A DNA stretch of 64,000 nucleotides from Octopus vulgaris (Eukaryota). A model generated the notes under the pieces. It was not told the DNA's origin. It ran no database searches and saw only the letters and a list, made by a program, of their open reading frames with translations. Shown one piece after another: positions 10,600 to 25,624 of this stretch. The stretch is taken from contig OX597814.1 in the NCBI GenBank assembly GCA_951406725.2, positions 80,538,001 to 80,602,000 of the forward strand, in the 5' to 3' direction. Both the position numbers and the translations under genes were made by a program. The stretch's first letter is position 1. Each line of letters starts with the position of its first letter.

Positions 10600-12050
10600 A
10601 GAAAACCAGAAAATGATTTACGACATACAAAATACTCTTCTAAAACTAGGCTATAACTACCGTTTTCACAAGGAGAAATGGAGATGATACAAATAAGATC
10701 TATTACAAAGTAATAACAATAAGTCTACAATATTCAAAGAAGCAAGCAAAAGAGAACTGGTTAGCGCAATAAGGGGACAGAGAGCTTTTCTTTATATAAG
10801 GAGAAAATAAAGTATAAGCTAGTATATAATTACGCGGAAAGAAAATGCTTAAGGACAAAATAAAAGAAAAAAGACTTTTAAAAAAATTAACAAGACCAAA
10901 ATGAAACGCCAACATACATTAAAGAAAATAATGGGGGTAAAAAAACACTCCATGACCAATATCCTGCAAGACTCGACAGAGAGGAAGTAAGTCAGCGTGA
11001 AAGCTAACCACAAAAGCTCTGAACTAAAAACAGAAACGGGAGATCTGATTTTAACAGCACAGAATCAATGTTGCCCCCACCACACACACACACACACACA
11101 CACACACAAGAAGAATAACTACAAAAATAAAATCATGAAATAAAAGGTTAATAACATCAATTGCAGACTGTACTATCAACACAAAGAAAGAATTGATTAA
11201 ATCGTTTCTAGCCACCCGTCCTTTCAAAAGCAATATATATCCACGCTGATGACTGGATAAGCAACTATATCCATTTGACAATATAACGACATCATGACAT
11301 AGGTGAAAAAAGATTATATAAACATATACAAAAATATTGACCTCGCTAACTATTCTAACAAGGAGATTAAAGCAAGCTTTTCAGATATAATAATCAAATA
11401 CGGTAAGATAACAAATTATTTATTCTGACTCTTTCTTACAAAAATGCAATGTGAAAAGAAATTCAAAAGTCTATCAAAGAGTAAAAGTTTGTAACAGGAA
11501 GTAAGAAGGATGTAGCTTACGGAAGTAAAACAGAGCCAGCAATAATCGGAGCATTAGAACAACATCAACAAAAGCACAAAAATATATACCAGACCCAACT
11601 GTTGTAAATATCTAGAATAGACTGAACATTGTAACATGCATTCAACGCCCGATTATGCTTTTAGTGGAGAAGCACTAAAATAACATCTGACTTTTTATAA
11701 CAACGGTAGTGTAATACCTTGAAAAGAAATAATAGACAACGTTCAGAAGGCTTAACAGAACAATAATGATTTATTATAAGAGGAAATAATGATAGCATGA
11801 AGTTAAGGTTTGCTTGCCAGCATACAGAGTATAGCATTCAGAGATACTGTATAACAGTGTCCTCAGTGAACAGAAGAGACGTGCGAGCTACTCGTTATAA
11901 GGTCACAAATCCTGAAAAAGGTGTATGCAGCATATCAAATATGTAACGCTAACTGTTACTGTATATTGTAAAATGTGAACATGATAAATATTCGAACAGT
12001 CCATAAATAGTCATTCAGTTCTAGAGTGTTTCTCCATTCGATGTTGTCCA
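10600..12050 (+). mobile_element. Probable highly decayed Penelope-like retroelement
   Basis: A-rich, coding-like strand bias with many stops and only vague similarity to PLE RT/GIY-YIG text. Confidence 0.3.
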
Positions 12051-12624
12051 CGTGATGGAGTTGAGCTCCGGCAGTGACGTGACACTACGTTCTACTCCCT
12101 TGGAGGACTGACTGGAACTGACAAAAAATTTCCCGCGACTTTGTGATAGCAGCAGTGTGTATCTCTGCGCGAGGTATAGTGGTTGGCTACACCAACCAAA
12201 TCACGCCAAGACTGATAAATGTTCCGCCAAAGTGAAATAGTGCTCCTACAAGCTTCTTTGGGGAGATGAAGAGACAATGATAAGAGCATAAGGTTAAAAC
12301 GTTTGCTTCCCAAATACATGGTTCCAGGTTTGATCTATAAGAGACACTTACCCAGGAAGCACTTTGGTCAAATGTCTTCTATTATATTTTCATCTTACCT
12401 CATTCATATGAGTCCCGAGCCTAGTAAGTGAAATTAGATTGATGGGTGCCACGAAAAGTCCAGTGGGTAGTCTGTACGAGTTGTATACTTAATTTTTCAC
12501 CACCATCTAACTCTTGAGTAACTTTAGTGGTGTCCAGTCTAGTACACTTTTCTCCCCACCCTCACCTTTTTGCCAACACGAACTTGGTCCTTTTAGTCCT
12601 TTTAGTCTTGTCTATCATGTGATT

Positions 12625-12881
12625 GTGGAGGCGCGTGGCTTAGCTGTTAGGGTGTTGCCCTCATGATCGTAAGATTGTGGTTTCGATAGCTGGACCGGGC
12701 GATGTGTTGTGTTCTTGAGCAAAACACTTCATTTCGCGTTGCTCCAGTCCAATCAGTTGGCAAAAATGAGTAAGCCTACAACGGACCGGCATCCCGTCCA
12801 TGTGGGAATATACATGCCATGGAAACCGGAAAACCGACCCCTATGAGTCTGTATGACTCGAGAAGGGACTTTACTTACTGC
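12625..12881 (+). mobile_element. tRNA-derived SINE family C with 9-bp TSD
   Basis: A box ggcgcgtggcttag, B box ggtttcgat, then gtgttcttgagcaaaacact. TSD catgtgatt at 12616-12624 and 12882-12890. Minus-strand copies lie near 41480-41718 and 52480-52730. Confidence 0.85.
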
Positions 12882-13809
12882 CATGTGATTTATATCGCTA
12901 CAACCACCAAGCAGAAGTAAACTACCATGCGCTCTTCAGATGGTGGGACACCCTCATGATGAACTCAGCTAGTATCAGAATCTATTTTACAAGCAACAAC
13001 AGCAGTTAAATATAATATTTTCAATTCATCAATGCACAGACACTGAATGAGTGCATGCAAAACACTTTGGTCAGTCTACGTACATCTCGGAATGATCTGG
13101 CTCAAGGATTTAACATGCATGGAGAATTCATCCCGAGTTGGCAAAGTTTCTCGATAGAGAGGTCAAATCCAGAATATCTGAAGATTTTCCATAGTCCCTA
13201 TGTTGAATGTCTTCTAGGATAAGCAGTTTGCATCCATAATTTCTTTGTGTACATCTTCGCTTTTGCCTACCACTAATACTCGTAATAATAATGCTAGTTA
13301 CCAACGGCCACATTGTACAACTTGTGAAGAATTGAAAATGGTTGACAATATCCTGATGTTAAACAGTCAGTCTTAGTCCTAGCTTGATCAGGACTGCAGC
13401 CCCTTCAAAGAGGTGAACTATGAGAAATTGTTCCTGATAGAGAGTCACCATCCAGGAATTTCTTCAGATACCATAGCTTCAGCCCATACCTACCCATTAT
13501 TAACTATAGCATACCGAAACACCCATGTAGTGTGTTGGTAGCAGATTTACCAGCACAAGAAGTGAAATAACAGATGCTGCCGACTGGGCAGATAAAAACT
13601 GGGTCAAGTCACGACACTCGGACAATATTAAATATCGGATGCGATGTATTCATTCGCCACCTCACTTCCATTCAATGACTCGGAGATAGGTCCCTCTCAG
13701 TACATTTCTGAGGGTGAGTGGACTATCTGCAAATAACCTCATCTCATTTGCTATCCACCTGGAGGTTTATCCTGAAACAAACCCCAATCACTTTAACTTG
13801 ATCCTTGTT

Positions 13810-14085
13810 AGATTGAAGATGTTATTGTATGAGAAGAATCAGATGAGGTGTCGATGAGAAAAGACAGAATTGGTACCAACAAAATACGTGAAGAGGATGA
13901 GAACTGTATGTAGAAATGTTGCATACTGAAAGTGAATCGACCTCATGAAGGGAGGAAACTGAGAAAGACTTGTGACAAAGTAGTGAAGAGCGATATCAAG
14001 TCGTTGCATCTCATGAGAGAAATGAAAAATGCCAATATTGATTGGCATACGCAATGCTGGAGAAAATTCTATCATGGAGAAGACC
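13810..14085 (+). mobile_element. RTE-type LINE 3' coding remnant
   Basis: NRPHEGRKLRKTCDKVVKSDIKSL resembles the RGRPRKTWxxxVKxD RTE tail. Confidence 0.6.
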
Positions 14086-14574
14086 TGACCAACCAGGCAA
14101 GTATTGCATATCAAACATTAAAAATTGTGGTAATAATGGAGACATAAGTGCTTCCTGAAAAGATACTGAAATTCTATTTATCGTCGACAGTGAAATTCGG
14201 CTGTTATGCTGTTACCGGATGTCTGACACTGAAGAGACTGGGCAGATCGAAATCCCATGACCTGGCAGTTCAGGTGCCAGTAGCAGACGATTCTCGTTTG
14301 CCAACGATACAAATGTGAGTGATTTTATACATTATGCGCCCATATGAAAGGTTCTCTCAAGGTAAATAACGGAGTAGACCGTGTTCTAACAAAAACATCC
14401 ACGTGAAGTTGGATATAAAAATGTGTGTGCGCGCATGCATATTTGTGAATGCGCGTGTACATGTGCATGTATGTATATATCTCTATATAAATATATATAT
14501 GTACAGGTACACACACACCATTTGTGTGTGTTTATATGTATGTATGTATGTATGTATACATGTATGTATGTATG

Positions 14575-14613
<39 letters not shown>

Positions 14614-14758
14614 TATCGCAATTTGACTTGTTTATATATATATGGATGAATGGATGGATGGATGGATAAAATATTGAATCTACATCTACTATCTCCTTGC
14701 ATCTTAGACCCCTGTCACTTCCCAATCACTCATCTCTCTAATATTCGTGCTACTTGTA

Positions 14759-14996
14759 CAGGGTGATCCAAAAGTAGCTTTACAGTTATCACATAGGCAC
14801 TTTAAATTTCTTTTAAAACAATTTACTACATTTAAATTTCTATCTTACAAACTGAAAAGAAAGCTTGAGAAAATTAACTAAATTAGTAGAGAATAATGTT
14901 TTCATATTTTTTTATTATTAAAATCTAAACTGTTAATATATGAGATAGTTGAAAGAGATAGTTGAATAACTTTAAACCTACTTTTGGGCCACCCTG
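14759..14996. mobile_element. Tc1/mariner MITE
   Basis: TA|cagggtgatccaaaagtag ... ctacttttgggccaccctg|TA. Confidence 0.85.
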
Positions 14997-16080
14997 TATA
15001 ATGATATAACAACAGAAGATATAGGACATACTCAGATTGAATGCTCCTAAGACCATTCTCATCATTCAACACTGCTTTCCCATCACAAAGCTGATGTTTG
15101 AAAGAATCTGCTTGCAGCCAACACACTCTACTTTCACTCTTCATTAACTATCAGTTAGAAGTTTCTCTTACTCTCTCCCTAAGCACCCTCATCTTTGTTA
15201 CATTGCTGTGAGTGAACATACATGCCTTAGAGCAGTGAGTGTTTTTTACTCTAACATTTACAAGCAAAGAAAACTAGTACTGAAAGTTACTTTCAGTGTT
15301 GTCTCATTGAGGACATAACAACCACTCTAACGCTGGTGCCACAATATGATCCATCTACTACACTCGTTGGAGTGACTGATGAGTGTGAGGAGAATGCTCA
15401 GTCAAGAGAACCATCTAGTCTTATCTTATTGAGGACAAGACAACGTCTCTAGTGCAAGATAGCATGATAAAATGCACCCACCTCGGTCTGTAGGATAGTT
15501 GGTTACGAGAAAGGCATCCAGTCATAGAAATCAAGGCCTAAATAAAGTGTATGAACAAGTCATGGTCTTCTGACTAAGCTGTTGTGTCAACGATTCCATG
15601 ACAACCTACTCAATCCATGTTGATAATTATGATGATGATGATGATGATGATGACGACGACGACGACGACGATGACGATGATGATGATGATAATGATGATG
15701 ACATAAACTTACAGACACACATAATTATGTATGTGCATGTATTAATTCATTTTTGGATAGTTAGAAATGTAATATAAAATGCACAGTATCAATTAATAAA
15801 CACAGAATCTTAATTTTGCTGTGAAAAGTAAACAGACTGATCACCAGAGATTTTTATCTCTCTGTGGACAGAAAAAAAAAATGTGATCAATCTGACTCGT
15901 TTTTGAACTTCTTAGAACTTCATCAGTAATAGAATACACTTTATTTTTGTACACAGAGAGATGAATATCTTTATAGCTTTGCATAAGCTTATGCTTACAA
16001 CAGCAATAAATTAATTTATTCATAAATCACATTCACTATAAATATAAAGTTCTCAGATCTCCGTTGACAGAAGGCTGTTA

Positions 16081-16127
16081 TTTTTTTCTGATGAAGCTCT
16101 AAAAAGAATAGAAACTAGTCAGAGAAA
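16081..16127 (+). ncRNA. Minimal hammerhead motif (degenerate stem II)
   Basis: ttttttt CTGATGA a gctct-aaaa-agaata GAAA ctaGTC agagaaa. Confidence 0.5.
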
Positions 16128-16212
16128 TTACAATTTTTTTGTATATGTGGTATAAAAGAACTTCATTTACTTTCCAGAGAGAAGCTAAAATTGGAAGGTT
16201 TACCTTATATTG

Positions 16213-16660
16213 AATTACATTTCAATGCAAACATGTATGTATGTATGTATGTATGTATGTATGTATGTATGAAAGTATGTATGTATATATATATATGTAT
16301 ATATTTATGTATATATATATGTATATATATATACATATTTATATATATATATATGTATATGTGTGTGTATATGTATATATATGTGTGTGTGTGTATGTAT
16401 GTATATGTATGTATATGTATATGTATAAATATTTATGTATATATAATATATATATGTATATATATATATATGTATGTATATATATGTCTGTGTATAAATA
16501 TATGTATGTATATGTATGCTTATATATATCTATATATATATGTGTGTATGTGCATATATATGTATATAAATGTATATGTGTATGTTTATATATATATGTA
16601 TGTGTGTGTACATATATATATATATATGCATATTTACATATTTATACATATATTTATACA
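16213..16660. repeat. Compound (TATG)n/(TA)n/(TG)n microsatellite
   Basis: Seen directly. Similar tracts lie at 14430-14670, 19655-20280, 23170-23430, 33650-34080, 44050-44390, 46650-47010, 50050-50300, 51025-51300 and 59100-60260. Confidence 0.98.
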
Positions 16661-16957
16661 AACACAGACACATGAACAACTTATATTTTTATGTGGTTTG
16701 TGTGCATGCACACACCAATATGCACAGTTGCAACTTATACACAAACATCTAAATGTGAAAAATCTGTAACCTAAAGCATAATTCTTTAAAATTAAAGAAA
16801 ATTTATTTAAAAATTCTCAAAATTTGTGTTAGTTATGTGTGTGCATTTTGTTGTGTGTGTGTGTGTGCGTGCAAATATATTAGTGAGTATGCATATGAAT
16901 ATTTGGGTTCCTTTTCCTCCATAACACACAAGATAACAGCAACATCAATATTAATGA

Positions 16958-17043
<86 letters not shown>

Positions 17044-17421
17044 AGGATGATGATGATGATGATGAATTAATTTTTAAAAATGCAAGAAATTGAGGGAGGC
17101 TGATGCTGTAGGAAATATTAAAACATCAATATAATATTCTCAGGATCTTGAATAATAGAGATTGATTTTATTTTAATTGCATAATATGGAAATATTTCCA
17201 AATTTCCTTTAATCTTTAGTAGTGCCATCATTTTTTACGAGATTTCAGGAAACATAACTATTTTTTTCAGCCCTTTTCATGATAGAAGCAGCTGCCTTTA
17301 TGCTAAAACCTATTTCTAAAGAATATCTCCCTAGAGAACAAGTTTAGAATGGTAATATTATTTGAGAGAAGAACTAAATGTAGCAATAAAATTGATGTTC
17401 AATTTTTAATTTTTTGTTATA

Positions 17422-17921
<500 letters not shown>

Positions 17922-18459
17922 ATTATTATTATCATGATTATTATTTTTTTTAAAGCCATTATAATTGTTAGACCAGATAAAATGCTTAGTAACATTTCAT
18001 CCATCCTTATGGTCTGAGTTTGAATTCTGCTGAGGTTGACTTTACCTTTCATCTTTTTATGATGAGTAAAATGCTTTGTGGCATTTCATCTGTCTTTAGG
18101 TTCTGGGTTCAAATTCCAATGAGGTTGACTTTGCCTTTCATCCTTTCAGGGTCAAGAAAATAAGTACCAGCTGAGTATTGAGGTCGATGTAATTGTCTAC
18201 CCCACTACCCAAGAATTTCAGGCCTTGTGACTATAGTAGCATGGATTATAATTATATATAGTGGGAAGACTTGTCAAGCCAATTGAAATCATAATCATGG
18301 TTGTTGCCAGTGTCATGCAAATGACACCTATGCCAGTAGCACGTAAATAGCTCCCATTACACTCTTTGAGTGGTTGGCATTAGGAAGGGCTTACCAGTTC
18401 CAGTCAAACCATCTAACCCATGCCGGCATGGAAAGTGGATGTTAAATAATGATGATGAC

Positions 18460-18935
18460 ATTGTGTATGGATAAAGACAGCTGTGTAAAAAAGTGCTGAT
18501 CTCTAATTGAGGAGGGAACCTGTGGGAGAGGTAAACCTAGGAAGACATGGGACAAAATGGTGAAGCATGATCTTTGAATGTTGGACCTTACAGAGGTGCG
18601 GACAAGTGATTGAGACCGTTGGCAATATGCTGTGCTTGAGAAGACTTGTAAAGCCATGTGAAATCTTAGTCATGGCCAATGCTGGTGTCATTTAACAGGC
18701 AACCATGACAGTGACATGCAAAAGCACCCGTGCCAGTGACACATGAAAACATCCATGCCAGTGGCATGTAAAAAGCACCCATTCAAGTGATGGCATTAGG
18801 GAGGGCATCCAGCCACAGAAATCTTGCAAGATCAGACTGGAACCAGGGCAGCTCTCCAGCTTACAGTTCCAGTCCAACCTTCTAACCCATGTCAGCATGG
18901 AAAGCAGAACTAAATGATGATGATGATGATGATGA
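18460..18935 (+). mobile_element. RTE-derived repeat (family D) with (GAT)n tail
   Basis: EGTCGRGKPRKTWDKMVKHDL followed by the 3' UTR ggcattaggaagggcatccagc..ccatgccagcatggaaa..(gat)n. Related copies lie near 18280-18460, 20674-20940, 31270-31520, 34480-34930, 36735-37260, 38940-39395, 57365-57750, 61480-62400 and 63490-64000. Confidence 0.8.
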
Positions 18936-18981
18936 TAATATTTCCATTATTATATACACATGATATACATGCATATATATA

Positions 18982-19651
18982 CAGGGTGCAGTAAATATAT
19001 TATCATCTTAATTACACAAAAATAAAAATAATACTGACATTTAACAGATATATTTATCAAACTTATATAAAAATATCTTGAAATACTAAAGAGTAAATTT
19101 ATTCAATAAAATCACCATTGGCTTCAACCATAGCCTCTAGACGACTTCAGAAACTCCTGCAACTCTTCTGGATGTTTAAGGAGTAGAACCTTCAGTTCAT
19201 CCTTGATGTTACAAGGAGTTTTGTTGGTCTCTCACACAGCTGTGCCCCACACATAATAATCAGTGAGATTGCAGTCTGGGGAGTTAGGTGGCCAAATGTT
19301 AGGGTTGATGTGCTCGCAGAAATTGTCAAACAGCTAACACTAGGTTCTCTTGCTTGTGTGTGCATGGTGCCAAACATAGGATCTTCCAGCAGCCACCCTC
19401 TTCATCCAGAGCAGTACTACCTCCTCCAGGCACTTGATTTAGGCCTCCGTGTTGAGTCAGAGGCCGTGTGAGAAGATGACATTGCCACCACTAATGATTA
19501 CTCCAAACACCATGATGTTGACTGGATGCTTGATTTTTATCACTCTTGGTACATGTCTTCAGATTGCACTGTCAGGTGACAAAATCAAAAGCAAACAATG
19601 CGCATGCATGAAATTAAAAATATAAAACAGTACCCATTTAACCATCACACC

Positions 19652-19654
<3 letters not shown>
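18982..19654 (-). mobile_element. Internally deleted Tc1/mariner-superfamily element
   Basis: TA|cagggtg ... caccctg|TA. The minus strand carries the WPPNSPDCNLTDYYVWG motif. Confidence 0.85.
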
Positions 19655-19701
<47 letters not shown>

Positions 19702-19730
19702 CTGTCTGGCTAAGGCAAATGATATATATA

Positions 19731-19768
<38 letters not shown>

Positions 19769-19937
19769 TTGCAAATATCTTGTATCTGCCCTGTTGCTGT
19801 TATGTTATTGTCTATGCTATGCCATATGTTATGTTATCATCTATTTTTCTGCATGTTGAGTTTTGTTCGACTCTGCTTATGTTCTTTTTGTCCTAACTTT
19901 GATTTATCACTGCAGCGCACCATACAACCTGTTGTTT

Positions 19938-20009
<72 letters not shown>

Positions 20010-20126
20010 AATATTATATATAATATATATATATTTTTTATATATGTATATGAATGTTTATATATATAAATATCTATAATATATATATATAATATAACAT
20101 AATATATATGTATGTATATATATATA

Positions 20127-20202
<76 letters not shown>

Positions 20203-20954
20203 TAGATACATGTGAATATATATATATATGTATGTATATATATGTATATATTGTATATATATATGTATATATATATTACTGTTGATTTGGGTGAACAGCT
20301 TTTAAATTAATTTTATTTAAATTAATTAATTGGGAATCATGATTATGTATTAATACATTTAATGATGTTTACCATAATGAAACAGCTGTTGAACGCAACT
20401 AAATAAGAACTATGTATGAAATTTATGCTCTTCTGCTTTCATTCTAAATATGCTGCTTTTAAAGACCATTTTAACCAATTATACATACAGGTTGATCCCA
20501 TTGGATTCATAACAATGAAAAATCATTTTGGAGTTTAATGACCTTAATCAATGTAGATTTATTTTTTATGTTGACGAAACATTTCTCTCTTTCAATATAT
20601 CTATGACAAAAGAGTGTGTGTGTGTGTGTATGTGTGTGTATACACATACTCATATATATATATATATATATATATCATCATCATCGTTTAACGTCCGTTT
20701 TCCGTGCTAGCACGGGTTGGACGGTTCGACCGGGGTCTGGGAAGCCAGGGGCTGCACCAGGCTCCAGTCTTATCTGGCAGTGTTTCTACAGCTGGATGGC
20801 CTTCCTAACGCCAACCGCTCCGCGAGTGTAGTGGGTGCTCTTGACGTGCCACCAGCACAGGTGCCAGGGGAGTCTGGCATCGGCCACGATCGGTTGGTGC
20901 TTTTAACGTGCCACCGGCACGGAAGCCAGCCAAGGCGGTGCTATATATATATAT

Positions 20955-22330
20955 TAGGCCTCGAAGCCGGTTTTATATTACGATCAGTAAAACTGAAACC
21001 GATTTGCCAAAACCGATTTTAAGGCTTGCTGTTTCAGATCTTTTCAATAAAAGATGTTTTATGTAACACAATCTACCAGTATACGAAGTTTAAAAGAGTT
21101 TAGTTACAAATAACTATTTTTTAAATGTACCGGTCAAAGTGAAAAGATCCCCTGTTTCTCTTTTTTTTTTTTCGCAAAACATTTCTCCATTTTTTCTTTT
21201 CAAGAAATATCGTTCAAACCAAACTAACTGAACTGTTGTCGGTTGCCTTTAGTTGAGAGTGTTGTCTGTTTCATTGAAACATATCGCAACATATCAATTC
21301 TCACCTTCTTTCCCCTTGAACCTTAGATCAGTACCTTGTCATCTCCTTCGCTAACCCCTGGTTGACTCTTTGAATTTACAGGTAACTGAGTTTATTCATA
21401 GCAAGTCAATGGGATGCTGTTCGTCTTCAGTCGCATGATCTTTCCCATTGAGCATATGTAATGACCAGTTCCAGATTCATTTCAAAGAAGTAACACTAAA
21501 TTTTTTTATAAAAAAAGTGAAGAGATCGCTATAACAGACAATAGCGATCGCCATAACAGATGATAGTGATCGCCATAAAAGATGATAGTGATGATGAAGC
21601 TGACATAAGCCAACAAGACATACTTTGTCAAACAGATTTGGCTCACGAAAATGCTTGTTTTCCTCAGCTAAAACCTGAATTTAACAAAGTTTTAAATAAG
21701 GTAAGAAAAATTTCAAAACTTTTCCGTAAATCTCCTACAAAAAATGAAATTTTGGAAGAATTTGTACGAGCGAACTTCGATAACAGAGAATATAAACTTA
21801 TACTGGATTGCAGAACTCGGTGGAATAGCACATTCCATATGATTGAGAGATTTTTGAAATTGAAAAGCTGCATTCCAAATGCTCTACGAGCAGAACTTTC
21901 CACAGTTGCTGTCGCTGACATAGAATGGAAATCTCTCAATTTACTATATGAAATTCTGCATTCAGTAAAAATTATTTTGAAGGCTATTTGCACTGATGAT
22001 ATGGGTTTACTGAAAATGGAATCTTCTATAGAATTTTTATTGAATAAACTTAATATCGTCGGCAACCCTTTGGCTCTAAATCTTCGTGAAAGACTTATGC
22101 ATAGATATAATATGAGAAGAAATGTCAAAACTTTGACTCTCTTGAGGTATTTACATAACCCAAGGAAATTTAAAGGTGAGTCAATTTCTGGACCTTTTCT
22201 ATTTTTTAACGAAACAACATTTAAGGAAGTATGCTGAACAAACATATAGGAGATTATTTCCTGAACATGATGCTGAGAACACAACAGAATTATACAAAGA
22301 AAATGAAATAGGAGGGAACCTAAAAACAAG
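20955..22330 (+). mobile_element. hAT transposon remnant with transposase fragment (ORF 21560-22237)
   Basis: KVRKISKLFRKSP..LILDCRTRWNSTFHMIERFL is a hAT signature. Left end begins taggcctcg. Confidence 0.88.
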
Positions 22331-23247
22331 TGTTACTGTTGTCCCATCTACTTGCTTCTCAGCCACATTGTTCTGGGTTCAGTCCCACTGCTTGGCATTT
22401 TGGGCAAGTGTCTTCTACTACAGCCTCAGGCTGACCAAAGATGGAAACTTAAAAAAGCCCATTGTATATGTATATATATTTGTGTGTCTTTATGTCTGTG
22501 TTTGTCCTTCCACCATCACTCGATAATCAATATTGGTGTGTTTACATCCACCGTAACATAGTGGTTTTGCAAAAGAGACTGATAGAATAAGTACTAGGCT
22601 TACAAAGAACAAGTCATGGGGTCAATTTATTCATCTAAAACCCTTTAAAGCAGTGCTCCACCATGACCACAGTCAAAATTACTAAAACATGGAAAAGAAT
22701 AAAAGAATGTATACACAAACACACACATATTAAGAACCTACAAACATCAAATAATTCATTTTTTTCTTGACAGAATGGTAAAATTTCCATTTCTCACAAG
22801 AAACAACTGACCTGTAAATGATTTTTGCCTTTGAAAGGTCATTTCATTTTATAGGATTTATTCTTTGCAAGCTTTCAGTAGAGTCAACAAAAACCATCTC
22901 TGATGAAACAAGAATATACAACACCATCACCGTTAGCAGCAGCAGCAACAACAACAGCGCTGACATGACCACCATATTTCTTGGGAGCTGTCTAAAATGT
23001 CTAATGTGTTATTGGTTTTAAAGTACATGAAGCTAAATTACAGAAGGCCTCTTCCACTCCTAAAACATCTTCCTTAGTAAAACTCATGAACAGAAAAAAT
23101 CCTATATTGGCAGTCTCTGAAAGCTTATACACATTTACATCAATCATTTAACCTAACTATTTTTCTGTCTATCTATCTGTGTGTTTATCTACACAAACAC
23201 ACACACATGCATGCATGCATATATGTATATTGAGAGATAGATAGATA

Positions 23248-23288
<41 letters not shown>

Positions 23289-23724
23289 ACACACATGCAT
23301 GCATGCATATATGTATATAGAGAGTTAGATATGTATATATATATATATGTATGTATATATATATACACACACACACACATATATATATATACATACACAC
23401 ACTCACACACACATACACACACGCATACTTTTTTTTAATACTTTTATATTTATATTTTTCATTGACAAACGTTGCAATAGTGGCTCAAGTTCTGGGAGCT
23501 TCTTACATCAAACTTATCAAACTTGGTTCCTGCTTACTGAAAATTAAAAAAAAGTATATGTGCACATGTATTGAGTTCTACTTTTTCTGTTTGTTTAACC
23601 AAACTCTCACACACATACAAATGTACACTTACACAAACACATAAAATCCTGCCTCTCTGTTTATATGTCTGTCTGTTTGTCTGTCTAGGCAAGCAGCTAT
23701 CAATTTATCTTATCTATCTATCTG

Positions 23725-23766
<42 letters not shown>

Positions 23767-23816
23767 GATTTTTCTATCTAAGAATCTATCTATTTATCTA
23801 TCAATATATCCATATA

Positions 23817-23847
<31 letters not shown>

Positions 23848-24382
23848 CCCCTTTCTCTCTCTATATATATATCTATCTATCTATCTATTTTCTGCTTCAG
23901 TAAATTCTTTAATTGACAGTGAATTTTATAGTCTACAGAAGAAAACTGCTCCAGTCAGCATATAACTTTCACTATCTGCCAATATATTTGTCCACCGTGG
24001 CAAGGCATCACTGAGCAAATTCCATCCTAATGTAATAAAATTCAGAATATCCTGAAAAATTCCATTCAGAATCACATCCATTTCAATGCATTTTCATTTT
24101 CTGAATTGCATAACCAGAGTGTATTTTTAGGGTTAGTTCAGTTTGTCACCCCCACCACCACCAACACCACCACTCCTATCACCTCTCCATTTACTATCGT
24201 AGAGAAGAGGAAGATAAATTTATTGCATACAGCTATGCAATTCCTCACATTATCACCACATCAACACCGACACAACCAAATTTGTGCTTACTAATATAAT
24301 ACTACTACAGCTACTACTGCTATTGCTGCTGCCACTACTACTACTAATACTACTACTACTACTAATGCTGCTACTGCTACAT

Positions 24383-24421
<39 letters not shown>

Positions 24422-24564
24422 GCAACAATAATACTTTCTACTATATGCACAAGGCCTGAAATTTGGGGGGAGGGAAATAATCGCTCATATCAACCCTAGT
24501 GTTTCACTGATACTTAATTCCTTGATCCCAAAAGGATGAAAGGCAAAGCCAATATCAGCAGAAT

Positions 24565-24627
24565 CTGATGATGGCTGCACTTTTCCTTGCGGAAAATAAC
24601 AGCCGAAACTAAATTTAGTACATGGGT
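24565..24627 (+). ncRNA. Hammerhead ribozyme core with extended stem II (stem I truncated)
   Basis: CTGATGA t ggctg-(ttttcc-ttgc-ggaaaa)-cagcc GAAA ctaa-at-ttaGTA. The fragment runs into (TA)n at 24779. Confidence 0.7.
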
Positions 24628-24776
24628 AAATATTTATTTCGTATATTTTTCACTTGTTTATTGTTTTGGTTTTGTGTTGAGTTTGATCTGAGAACATAGA
24701 CTTTTTGTGGAGAATGGCGATTTGACGTCTATATCTAGCATGTTGACTGTCCACTTTTCGTGTTCAGTCCTTAATT

Positions 24777-24895
<119 letters not shown>

Positions 24896-25439
24896 CTCAC
24901 ACACATTATTGACAGTAATTCTAATGTAAATAATATTTGACATTATAATGGTAGTTATTCTATAGTTTAATCAGTAACACAACTCACCTTGTAATAAATA
25001 TGTAGTTTGATTCTTGTCAATGTGCATATTGTTCTTTGTATGCCTGAAATTGATGTTTATTAAGTCTTATATTATTTATATTAAATTTTTAGCCATAAAA
25101 CGTTTGGTTTACTTATATTACTACCACCTCCATCACGCTGCCATTGTTGTCACCATTGTTGCTCTTGCTGGCAGATGTGTTAACGCTGCCAAGGCAGCAT
25201 TAACACATTAACATGAGCCTCATACACAACCCCACTCAGCTTCACATTGATCCCCCACTAGACAGTCATTGTATATGCTACATGAGCATCTTGCCCCTAC
25301 TCACAGCTTAGGGAAGCTCTCTAAAATTTGTTTAATGCTGAGATGGCAACAAAAAGAGACTCTTAAGTTGTGCCTTTTTCGACGTCACAGCCCCCTATTA
25401 AAAAGAGGCACTGGCTCCAGTGGGTTTGAGGACTGCATC

Positions 25440-25620
25440 TTCTATATGTCAAGCCCTGACACCTGCAAAAGGAAGTGCAAGTGTAAAATCATTTGGTTTG
25501 CCCTACTTTTTACTCTCAATGTTAAGACTTGTAAGGGAAGAATTTTCTTTAGCTTGATGGACAAACACTTCCCCCAATCACAAGATATGGACGTTTATTT
25601 AATCGGCACAACTTAAGAGT
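25440..25620 (+). mobile_element. Penelope-like element linker fragment
   Basis: KRKCKCKIIWFALLFTLNVKTCKGRIFFSLMDKHFP resembles the PLE RKIIWFNPPYSxNVxTxIGxxFxxLxDKHFP motif. Confidence 0.75.
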
Positions 25621-25624
25621 CTCT

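Noticed and set aside
11864-11900. cagtgaacag resembling the G3-C8 core
   Set aside because: No stem II and GAAA follow.
14224-14262. CTGAAGA gactgggcagatc GAAA
   Set aside because: The core looks plausible but stems I and III cannot be formed. Counted only as weak.
15374-15405. CTGATGAG hammerhead core
   Set aside because: No downstream GAAA or stem III; it forms only a simple hairpin.
16191-16769. Long YI/CV/HT-rich ORFs here and at 33626, 46607, 50025, 50800 and 59898
   Set aside because: Translations of stop-free (TA)n/(TG)n/(CATA)n microsatellites.
21664-22329. 221-aa minus-strand ORF
   Set aside because: Antisense shadow of the hAT transposase.
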